Source of the DNA: Minisyncoccota bacterium
GTDB lineage: Bacteria; Patescibacteriota; Minisyncoccia; Phycocordibacterales; XYD1-FULL-46-19
NCBI GenBank assembly: GCA_041665625.1
Contig: JBAYIK010000001.1
Location: 2,091-66,090 of the forward strand
Length of the DNA: 64,000 bases
Direction: 5' to 3'
Positions 18,140 to 28,200 of this stretch are shown here, in pieces; within the stretch, counting starts at the first letter, position 1; each line of letters starts with the position of its first letter. The notes beneath the pieces were generated by a model that was given only the letters and a program-made list of their open reading frames with translations, was not told where the DNA came from and ran no database searches. A program made the translations under genes and the position numbers.

Positions 18140-18298
18140 ATGTCACAAGATTTTTTAATCAGATTAAGCTGTAAGACCTGCAAGAGAATTAACTACTGGT
18201 CCAGCAAAAATAAGAAAAAAGTTGAGCGCAAGATTGAGCTCAAGAAATATTGTAAGTGGTGCAAAAAGAACACTACTCACATTGAGACCAAGAAATAA
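18140..18298 (+). CDS. rpmG: 50S ribosomal protein L33.
   Basis: 53-aa 'MSQDFLIRLSCKTCKRINYWSSKNKKKVERKIELKKYCKWCKKNTTHIETKK' with the L33 C4 zinc motif and KNK/LELKKYC signature. Too short for the ORF track. Confidence 0.85.
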   Translation: MSQDFLIRLSCKTCKRINYWSSKNKKKVERKIELKKYCKWCKKNTTHIETKK

Positions 18299-18359
18299 TC
18301 GTCTTGGTCTTTTTGTTTTCTTCTTGGTTTTTATCTTGAGTATGGTTTATACTTAAAGC

Positions 18360-19688
18360 GTGCTAAAGCTCAGAAAAATTTATTTTCTGTTTGTTATTTT
18401 TTTCTTCGCCAGCCCTCTTGTTGGTTTGGCGGAGAGTGCCAGTTCGGCCAGTTTTAATTTGCTCGAAGGGGTTATTTCTCCGGCGGGTTATTCGGCTTCT
18501 AGTAATTTCAAACTTAACGGCCTCATTTCACAATTTAGTATTGGACCGAGTCAGGCGGCCAATTTTCTTTTGAAGAGTGGCCTTCTTTATTTTCCGATTA
18601 TCAGCACCCCGGTTATTACTAGTTCGGCGGGGGATGGCCAGGTTGCTTTATCTTGGACAGGGGCGACAGGTCTCTTGGGTTGGAGCGTTGGCGAGTACGT
18701 TGTTGGTTGGTCAGGAATTTCAGGTGGCCCGTATACTTTAATTAGCGCGGGGACCAATCTTAGTTATACAAAGACGGGCCTAAGTAATGGCACTCCATAT
18801 TATTTTATAATTAAAGTTAAAGATGCTCTCGGTAACTATGTGGCAACTTCCACCCAAGTTTCAGTAACACCAGTTGCTCCTGTCGTTATCCCCCCTGGTG
18901 GCGGAGGAGGCGGGGGTGGCGGAGGAGGCGGGGGCGGAGCTACTGGTGGCGCCCGAGCAATTTTCCGCGGGCGGGCCTTCCCCTCAAGCGATGTCTCTCT
19001 TTTCCGTGATGGACAAAATGTCGCAACGACTAAAGCTGGGCCTGACGCTAACTTCGAAATTTCTTTAGGTAACTTATCGGCCGGCCTTTATAATTTTGGA
19101 GTCAATTCTACTGACAATTTGGGCCGTCAATCCTTAATTCAGACTTTCCCGGTAACTTTGTCCGGCAGTGCGGAGGTGGTAATTAGCGGTATTTTTATTG
19201 CCCCCTCAATTTCGGTTGATAAGCAAGAAGTTAAACAGGGTGATAATATTGCCATCTTTGGGCAGAGTGTTCCCAATGCCAAAGTGACAATTGCCATTAA
19301 TTCCGAGCAACAAATTTTTGCTCAAGCCGGGACTGACAAGTCGGGGGCTTATTTATATAATCTTGATACCGCCCCTTTAGAATTGGGTGGCCACACCGCG
19401 AAGTCTAAGGCGGCTCTGGCGACCGAGATAAGTCCTTTTGGCCCAACAGCAGGCTTTAAGGTTGGGACAGAAAATGTGCTAGCTGACCTTAAGGCCAAGA
19501 AATGTCCGGCTAAGGGGGATCTCAATACCGACTGTAAGGTCAACCTAATAGACTTTTCTATTGCTGCTTATTGGTACAAGCGCCCACTCTCGGCGACTTT
19601 CCTGGCTCTCGAGAAGACAAAATTGAATGGCGATGGCAAACTTAATTTAACTGATTTTAGTATTATGGCGTACTACTGGTCTTCTTAA
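18360..19688 (+). CDS. Secreted multi-domain protein: FN3/Ig-like domains, a Gly14 linker and a C-terminal dockerin-like domain.
   Basis: Signal peptide. Dockerin repeats 'GDLNTDCKVNLIDFSIAAYWY' and 'LNGDGKLNLTDFSIMAYYW'. GTG start. Confidence 0.6.
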   Translation: MLKLRKIYFLFVIFFFASPLVGLAESASSASFNLLEGVISPAGYSASSNFKLNGLISQFSIGPSQAANFLLKSGLLYFPIISTPVITSSAGDGQVALSWTGATGLLGWSVGEYVVGWSGISGGPYTLISAGTNLSYTKTGLSNGTPYYFIIKVKDALGNYVATSTQVSVTPVAPVVIPPGGGGGGGGGGGGGGATGGARAIFRGRAFPSSDVSLFRDGQNVATTKAGPDANFEISLGNLSAGLYNFGVNSTDNLGRQSLIQTFPVTLSGSAEVVISGIFIAPSISVDKQEVKQGDNIAIFGQSVPNAKVTIAINSEQQIFAQAGTDKSGAYLYNLDTAPLELGGHTAKSKAALATEISPFGPTAGFKVGTENVLADLKAKKCPAKGDLNTDCKVNLIDFSIAAYWYKRPLSATFLALEKTKLNGDGKLNLTDFSIMAYYWSS

Positions 19689-19698
19689 ACTTAAAAAT

Positions 19699-20613
19699 AT
19701 GATGTTAAAAAATTTTTCTAAAACTTCAATCACAACAATATTTTTCTTAACTATTTTTAGTTTTGTTTTTTTTGCTCAGCCCGCTTTAGCGGTAGATATT
19801 TTTCTTTTTTCGGCCCAACAAGAGCTTCCTGGCGATGAACTCGTTGTTTCCCTTGGTTTAGACACTGGGGCCGATAGAATTAACACTGTGTCTGGCGAAT
19901 TGTCTTATGATCAAAATATTTTAGACCTTATCTCAACTTCTAACGCGAACTCGGTAATTCCTCTCTGGGTGGAGGCACCGGCGAGTAAAACCCCTGGCCT
20001 CGTCTCTTTCTCCGGTATCGTTCCTGGTGGTTTTGGTGGACAAGGAAAGATCATCTCTCTTGTTTTCAAATCTAAAATAGGGGATAAGGACATTACCAAG
20101 CTTGTTAAAGTTAAAAAAATAGAAATCTTGCGCAATGATGGTGCTGGCACCGTCGTTGCGGTAAAAATTATTACACCAAGTGTTAGTCTCACTAATTCTT
20201 TAGATATCTCATCGGTTGGCGACACTAACGCTCCAGAGCCTTTTAAGCCCATATTGAGTAGAAATGACCCGCTTCTTGGCAATCAATCTTATCTTATTTT
20301 TAATACAACCGATAAAGGCTCAGGGATAGATAAATATTTTGTTATTGAGAGCCCCGTTAAATTAAATTTTAAAAGCGGTGCCAATTTAGAACAGAATTTT
20401 ATTTGGGCTCCAGCCGAGAGTCCTTATCTCCTGCAAGATCAGACACTCTCTAGTCATATTTATGTTAAAGCGGTTGATCGCGCAGGAAATGATTTAGTTG
20501 TTGAGTTGTCCCAAGAAAAAGAATTTTATCAGACTTGGTGGTTCTGGCTATTGATAATTATCTTGATACTTTTTGTTGTCATCTGTGGAAAACTTTATCG
20601 AAAGAAGTATTAA
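19699..20613 (+). CDS. Cohesin-like domain protein with a signal peptide and a C-terminal TM anchor.
   Basis: 'VSGELSYDQNILDLISTS...GLVSFSGIV...KIISLVFKSK' cohesin-like beta-sandwich pattern. C-terminal 'WWFWLLIIILILFVVICG'. Confidence 0.5.
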   Translation: MMLKNFSKTSITTIFFLTIFSFVFFAQPALAVDIFLFSAQQELPGDELVVSLGLDTGADRINTVSGELSYDQNILDLISTSNANSVIPLWVEAPASKTPGLVSFSGIVPGGFGGQGKIISLVFKSKIGDKDITKLVKVKKIEILRNDGAGTVVAVKIITPSVSLTNSLDISSVGDTNAPEPFKPILSRNDPLLGNQSYLIFNTTDKGSGIDKYFVIESPVKLNFKSGANLEQNFIWAPAESPYLLQDQTLSSHIYVKAVDRAGNDLVVELSQEKEFYQTWWFWLLIIILILFVVICGKLYRKKY

Positions 20614-20654
20614 TTATTTGTAACTAGTTGTATAATTAAGAGGTAAATATATCT

Positions 20655-22127
20655 GTGAAATATATTAAACTTTTTCTTTTAATTTTAGTCCTCTGCCCGA
20701 TAATTACTCTCGCCGCTGATCTTAGAGTTAGTGTGAGCAAGAGTGAGGTTGTTGTCGGTGAATTAATCTCGGCCCGTATTCTTGTGAGCACTCCAGATCA
20801 AGCCGCCAACGCGCTCTCGGGAGTCCTTAGCTTTAACCCTAGCAAGCTACAAGTCGTCTCGTTGTCTAAGGCTGGTTCGGTTGTTAACCTTTGGGTCACT
20901 GAACCGGATTTTTCTAATGCCAAGGGGCAGGTCTCTTTTGAAGGGGCTATTTTGAACCCCGGCTTTACAGGGAGTTCTGGTTCAGTCCTCACTATTAATT
21001 TCAAAGCGAAGGAAACTGGTGTCGCTACCCTATCCTTTGCTAATGGTTCAGTCTTGGCCAATGATGGCTCGGGTACCAGTATTCTCAACAAGCTCGGTCA
21101 AGCAACTCTCTCTATCAAAGCGCTTGCTCCAAAAATCGAACCAGTTATCCCCGAAGAAGCCGTAGAGCCTCCTGTTCCTGCTTCAGTCGCTAAGGTCTCT
21201 ACCACTGTGCCCGGTGCTCCGGTTATCTCTTCGCCGACTCACTTCGATCAGACTAAATGGTATAGCAATCGTTTTCCTAAATTATCTTGGACCTTGCCTG
21301 ATGATGTGACAGATGTTAGTTTTTTGCTTAATGATGAGAAGACAAGCAATCCTGGGACTAAGAGTGATGGTCTTTTTAATGATTATACGGCCGACAATGA
21401 AGTTCCGGATGGCCTTTGGTATTTCCATCTTCGTTTCAAGAATAGTAAAGGTTGGGGTCCTGTTTCGCACTTTACCCTTAATATCGATGGGACGCCCCCT
21501 AACCGTCTAGAGGTAGAAGAAAAAACTTTAGATGACCTAAATTATAAAACGAGTTTTATTTTTGACGGCTCTGATGAACTCTCAGGTCTTTCTCAATATG
21601 AATTTATTGTTGACAACTTAAAACCAGAAATTATTTTGGCTGATAAAGCCCACCTCTATGAGACGCCCGCTCTTTCGTCAGGCAATCACACCTTAACTAT
21701 TCGGGCCGTTGACCAAGCGGGGAATAGTTTAGAGAAAAAAGTTAATTTTGATATCATTTCCCCTCTCACTAAGGCTTCATTTTATCGTTGGGGGAGTAAC
21801 TTAGTTATTATTTTGTCAGTTTTGGTTCCGCTTCTGGCACTTTTATTTGCCTTGCTTTATGTTCTATTGATCGCTTGGCGCAAGGTGGCCAAACTTAAGC
21901 GCAGTCTGCGTCAGGAGGTGGATGAAGTTGAGGACCATATACACGAAGCCTTCGACTTTATTCGTGAAGATCTGCGAGAGCAGGTTAAACTTATTGAGAA
22001 GACAAAGGGCAAGCGCAAGCTCACCTTGTTGGAGAATAAAATTATGCGAAAATTGCGTAATAATTTGGACGAAACTGAAAAATATATCAAGAAAGATATT
22101 GAGGAAATTGCCGAGAAGGTAAAATAA
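20655..22127 (+). CDS. Cohesin-like domain membrane protein: signal peptide, cohesin-like domain, a beta-rich region, a TM helix, and a charged cytoplasmic coiled-coil tail.
   Basis: 'LSGVLSFNPSKLQVVSLSKAGSVVNLWVTEP...GQVSFEGAIL...SVLTINFKAKETGVATLSFANGSVL'. TM 'LVIILSVLVPLLALLFALLYVLLIAW'. GTG start. Confidence 0.55.
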   Translation: MKYIKLFLLILVLCPIITLAADLRVSVSKSEVVVGELISARILVSTPDQAANALSGVLSFNPSKLQVVSLSKAGSVVNLWVTEPDFSNAKGQVSFEGAILNPGFTGSSGSVLTINFKAKETGVATLSFANGSVLANDGSGTSILNKLGQATLSIKALAPKIEPVIPEEAVEPPVPASVAKVSTTVPGAPVISSPTHFDQTKWYSNRFPKLSWTLPDDVTDVSFLLNDEKTSNPGTKSDGLFNDYTADNEVPDGLWYFHLRFKNSKGWGPVSHFTLNIDGTPPNRLEVEEKTLDDLNYKTSFIFDGSDELSGLSQYEFIVDNLKPEIILADKAHLYETPALSSGNHTLTIRAVDQAGNSLEKKVNFDIISPLTKASFYRWGSNLVIILSVLVPLLALLFALLYVLLIAWRKVAKLKRSLRQEVDEVEDHIHEAFDFIREDLREQVKLIEKTKGKRKLTLLENKIMRKLRNNLDETEKYIKKDIEEIAEKVK

Positions 22128-22211
22128 AAGTTCTTACTTAGTTATCCCCTAAGAAACTCTCTTTTTGCTTAATAAATAACATTAATATTTGCTATAATAT
22201 AAGCAAACTTT

Positions 22212-25200
22212 ATGTTTTTTTGTTGGCAAAATTTCTTTAGGAATCGGCGCTTTTTGGCTATAGTTTTTTTGCTATTTTTTTCTTTGCAATTTTTTGTTTT
22301 TTCCTCGGCTTCGGCCGCCACTGGTGTCCCTCAAATTATGAGTTATCAGGGGCGCTTGGCAAATTCGGCGGGGGACTTGGTTGGAGGGACTGGAGCGATT
22401 TATTCTTTCAAATTTTCTCTTTGGGATAACGCTACTGTCGGCTCTGGTTCTAGGGTTTGGCCAGCTACTTCTCCGACCGCTTTTACTTCAACAGTTCGCC
22501 AAGGACTTTTTAATGTGAATATTGGGGATACTGACAATGGATATCCGGATGCTCTTAACTACGATTTCAGTCAGAACAACAAAATTTATTTACAGATTGA
22601 AGTTTCTTCTGATGGTATTACTTACGAGACTCTGGGCCCTCGCCAACCCATTACCAGTGCGCCTTTTGCCCAAGTGGCTGGCTCTGTCTACGGTTCAGGT
22701 ATTTCCACTATGGGTGGTCTTGTTGTAAATGGCAACAGCACTACTACCAGTTTAGCGATTGCTGGTTTAGCTAACACCTATCTGGCTGTTAATGGCCTTG
22801 GCCAAGTCATTGCCACAACTTCCCCCGCCTTCTCTTTTTCTGAACTCGATCCCTACTACTCCGTTGCTTCTTCTTCTCTTTTGCATTATGGCACGACCTC
22901 TGACGCTCTAACCGAAGGTCTCGTTAACAAATTCTACACTCAGGCCAAAGTTTGGACTGATATTGTCGCTTCTTCCACCTTTCAAACTTTTTCTAATTAT
23001 TGGACGAAGACGGGGGATGATCTGAGTTATCTCACAGGGGATGTTTCTGTTGGGACGAGCTCTTCGGCCTCCACTTTCAATATCCAGGCCTTGGCTGGTG
23101 CTTCGGCACTTAATATTGCGTCTTCAACAGGGGCGTCAATGTTCACCGTTGCGAGTAATGGCAATGTCGGAATTGGTACGGAAAACCCAACCAATGCCCT
23201 GGTTGTTAATGGGACAGCCAGTGCCTCTCTCTTCCTTGGCCAAGTTCGGGGGACTCTATGGTTAAGTTCTGCCGCGGATATTGGATTTAACCGATTGTCA
23301 GCTGGGGTGGCAACAGTTAATGGTACGGCGGGCTCAAGCGCTTTACGTCCTCTTATCGCCTCTAACTTTTTTACAGGGACAACGACAACCTCCAGCCAGG
23401 TTGGCATACTTAACATCGCTACTACGACGGGGGACTCTTATCTGTTTGTTGGGAATACTGGTCTTGTTGGCCTCGGCACTACTACACCCGACTCTAACCT
23501 TAATGTTTTTGGCACCACTAACACCTTCTTGCGTGTCGCTTCCTCCACCAACCAAAACATTTTTGTTATTGATGGCTCTGGCGACTTGTCAGCCACGGGC
23601 AACTTGGCGATGACGGGGGCGGTCACTGGTTCTAATCTTAATGTTACAAATTGGAATACGGCCTATGGTTGGGGTGATTGGGCAACTGGTGTCTGGGCCT
23701 CTTCCACTCTCTCCACTCTATTCGCCAATGCCTCCACCGCTTTCTCTTGGGGCGACCACTCTCTTCTTGGTTATCTCACCAATGCTTTGTTTGATACACG
23801 TCTCGCCGCCACCACTTCACTCCCAAATCTCGCGACACTCGCTGGCCTCACCGATATTGGTTCCGCTTCCGCCACCACAACAATTGGCGGGAGTTCTCGT
23901 TTTATTGTTGGGGCCAATGGCAATGTGGGGATTGGGACAAGTACACCAAGCGAGGTGCTTAGCGTTGTGGGGAATTCAATTTTTGGGACGAGAAACAATA
24001 TTACTAATTTTGCCTCGAGTTTTGGCATAACGAGTTACTCCGCGATTATTGGCTCTGCTGACACCGACAAGCCGGGGCTTGTTTTGGGAGATTTTGACGG
24101 AACGAAAAATCGAAGGTCTGCTATTTATCTCGACAATTCTTATCCCGCAACTGTTTTTAGGTCTACATATAGTACCGGCGGTTCTCCTAATTGGGTTTTC
24201 TATAATGGTTCTGTTGGCATTGGCACCACCACCCCACTAGCCAAACTTGATATTGCCGGTACACTTGGCTCGACAGCGGACTTATTTAATGTCTCCTCGA
24301 CCACGGAGGCTAATGTTGTTTCTAGTTTGTTCAAAATTGCTTCGGATGGCAAAGTAACAGTTGGCGCCACCCTTAATCTTAGTGCTCTTTCTGACTCATA
24401 TCTCTCCGTCAATAGCCTTGGTCAGGTGATTGCGACTTCCACCCCACTTCTTTCTTTTGACGAAACTGATCCCTACTACACAGCCGCCTCTTCTACCCTC
24501 TTACGCTATGGAAACAGTTCCGATGTCTTAACTGAAGGTGTGATCAATAAGTTTTATACTCAGGCCAAAGTTTGGGATGATATTGTCGCTTCCACAACTT
24601 TCCAAGCCTTTGCCAATTATTGGACGAAGGTGGGGAACGATTTGAATTATTTAACAGGGAATGTTGCCGTTGGTACCACAACATTTGATGGAACGAACCC
24701 AGAAAAGTTTTTGGTTGATGCTGGTAATACTAGTTCGGTCAACGGCTTAGTTGTTCGGGGTAGTATCGATAATTATTTCCAGATGAATATAAAGAATAGC
24801 TCGGGCGGCACGAATGCTTCTACTGATATTGTGGCCACGGGTGATACTGGTAACGAAGGTACTGGTTTTATCGATATGGGTATTAATAGTTCGGGCTACA
24901 CGGGGGGTATCGTGGGCCTCGCTAATGACACTTATCTTTATGGTTCTTCGACGGGGAATATGCTTATTGGCAATGCTTCAGCTGGCAAGAATTTAATTTT
25001 CTTCACGAACGGTGCTAATGGCTATACTAACGAGAAGATGAGAATTAGCTCAAGTGGTTTTGTCGGCATTGGTAATTGGAGCCCGACACAAGCACTTGAA
25101 GTCGGATCAACCACGGCCGGGTTGAATGGAATCTTCAACGCGACTCTTGGGGCCGAGCTTACTCCTACTTTTGACGCCGGCAATTGGACAGGGACAAATG

Positions 25201-28200
25201 GTTGGTCAGCGACGGGTTCGACTTTAGAAAAAGTTACTAATGCGACAGCTGGTACCATTACTCCTTCAGGAGCAGGGGCCACCCCTGCCATTGGGACGAC
25301 TTATCAGATTACCATCACAACTTCAGCGAAGGGGGCCGCCGCTGTTACCTACACTTATGGTGGTGTTACCGGTACGACTATTGTCGTCGGAACTTTTACT
25401 GATTATATTACCGCTGTTACCGCGGGTAAGCTTATTATTACTGGGGCGATTTCCTCTACGGCCACCATTACTGGTGTTAGTATTAAAGCCTTGACCAATA
25501 ACACTGGTGATCTCACTGTTTTTGGTGATATTAAGCTTGGGAGTCGAATAACTAATCCTAACGGGACTCTTGGCTTGGAAATTTCGCCAACAGGGGCGGC
25601 TGTATTCGGGAGCACTGTGAACGCTGCTGGCCGTATAACAGGGGCTGGCCTCGCCGCCGGAGGCACCGTCACTGGTGTCACCTCATTGGCTCATAGTTTA
25701 GCTATTACGGGTACTGTCCCAACTCTATACGTCTCGACGGATGGTTATATCTTAACAGCGGCCGCTTCAACAGGTGTCACAAGCACACTTGTTCCACTTA
25801 GTATCTCTCCTCGTATTAGGCAAGTTGGTCAAGCTTGGGATATTGATAGTGCGGCGAATGTTCTCAATAATTATTGGTCCGAGGTTATCGCTTATCCTGG
25901 GACAACAACTGTTAATTCTAAACTCTCCTGGTTTTATAGCCAAGGAGCGATGGCCGCTGCGGCTGAATATCAAGCACCCGAGATTATGAACTATTATAAT
26001 GGCAGCCTTAATGTGCTTGGTTCAACTTATGGCGATGAGGTCTTAACTAATGGCGCTCTTGCAACCCCTGGTGCTGAGTGGTCTGTCTCGGCGACAGGGT
26101 TTACTCTTAATGGTAGTGCCGCTGTTTATGTCCACCATGCTTCGGGTGGCACTCTTACACAACCAAGCACTTCTTTTGATCCGCCAGTAAAAGCCAACAG
26201 GTGGTACAGATTTACTTGGACGTCATCAGCTCTTAATACAACGGCTCGTGCCTATATTGATCCAACAGGTATTTCGGCCGAAAGAGTATATTTACGCGGA
26301 ACAGTGGTAACAGCTGGTACTTATACGGTAACTTTCAAAACCAATTCCAACCCGGGCAACTTTATTATCACGGCTGATTCAAACTCTTCAGGTGATGGAT
26401 TCACTCTTGATGATTTGTCACTGGTCGAAGTTAATTCTGGGAATGTTGTGGCGAATGGTTTGTTTACTGGTGGAGGAACCGAAGGACTTAAGATTGATAA
26501 TAACGGTCTAGTCGGCATCGGCACGAGTACTCCTGATTCTGAATTAAATATTTTTGGCAACAATACGACTTTCCTGCGCGTTGCTTCCTCTACTAACCAA
26601 AACATTTTTGTCATCGACTCTAGTGGTAACGTTAGCTTGTCAGGTAATCTAACCCTCGGCAATCTCAACGGCCCCCTCCAAGCCATCAATGGCCTTGTCT
26701 CAGCGACCTCTTCGATTGGCTCTGGTTATCTCTCTGGTAACGTGATGCTAGAAGGTGAAAATATCTCTTTGTTAAATAACGATGCTAATTATCTTGCTTA
26801 CGGCACGTCATCTGACGCTCTTACCGAAGGCCTCGTCAATGAATTTTATACTCAGGCTAAAGTTTGGACAGATATTATTGCTTCTTCCACTTTCCAAACT
26901 TTTGCTAATTATTGGACAAAGACGGGGGATGATTTGGGGTATCTTGTTGGTAATGTGGGAATTGGAACTACCACCAATATGAGCAACAAGCTAACTATCG
27001 ACGGAGGAGATGGTTCTATCAGTGGATTAGAAATTCGTAATTTGGGGACAGCGACGAAGGGGATAGATCTCTCTAATTCTGGCCTCTCTGGGGCAACTGA
27101 CTACCCTATTTATATAGGAGCCTCTCAATATTGGACGGCCTCAAATGTTCTCAGGGCTTCGGTTGGATCTTTTTCAAGTGATCATTCAGCCTTAGACTAT
27201 CGTCCTTTTGGGACAAACTCGGATCTTGTCTATTGGCTTAAAAATGATGCAAATAAATTCTCTTTTGAAAATACGGCTGGCTTAGAAGTCGCGAGCATCT
27301 CCTCGGCTGGTGTTGCTTCGACGACTGGGCTGCAAGTTAATGGGAATAGTTTTTTGACTGGGACTTTGTCTATTGGGACAACTTCTGTCGACTCAACTTT
27401 TAGTTTGCAAGCTCTTGCTGGAGTCTCAGCTCTTAATATTGCTTCGTCTACTGGCGCCTCAATGCTCTATGTTTCCAATAGTGGCTATGTGGGAATTGGC
27501 AACAACGATCCTTCATATCCTCTTACTGTGACGGGGGACATTGTCGCTTTGGGAACTAATAATATAACCCTGAGTACTGTTAGCGGTTCCATTTATGCGG
27601 CTGGGGGATTGGTAAATAATGTTACAGCTAATAATTCTCGGGTGAGATCTCCTACTACTGGGGCCATAATTGATAGGAACGTTGCTGACTCTAATCCGGC
27701 CTTGACCGTCAACCAGGCCTGGAATGGTGCAGCAAGTACGGGGGATCTTCTAAGATTGCAATACGACAGCGTGAATAAGATTGTTGTCGACTATTCGGGG
27801 AATATGGGTATTGGGACAACTACTCCAACTTCTAAACTTGTGGTCTCTGGTGCTTCGACTTCTCCTCTCGCTTACTTTGCCGATGATAACAATAATAGCT
27901 TACAAATTACCAGCCAAACTTTGGGCCTAGCCCTTGAAGGACACACTACCGCTTTGGGGCCAGACATCTCGTTCGTCGGAGTTAAGGACTCTTTCGCAAT
28001 AATTAACAGCCCTTCTGCTAGTGTTTACGAAGCCCTAGGAGCTACTAATACCATCGGGATGTCCTTTTCTAATTCGGCTCTTAATGTCTCAGCTGACATT
28101 ACTTTTGAAGATGTTTTGGGACAACTTAAATTGCGTTCTGATTATATTGAACTTGATAGTGCTAATGGTGTCACCGTAACGGATCTTAATGTTAACGGCG

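Noticed and set aside
18897-18940. Short tandem G-rich repeats considered as a possible CRISPR-like or spacer-array signal.
   Set aside because: Only two direct units, no spacers, and the units are in-frame inside a CDS encoding poly-Gly. There is no CRISPR array anywhere in the window.
22522-26982. Many 60-130-aa ORFs on other frames inside the giant gene (for example 23027..23416 minus, 23641..24030 plus, 26321..26689 minus).
   Set aside because: These are repeat-driven open frames within a long Thr/Ser/Gly-rich CDS, with no independent start context or coding signal.
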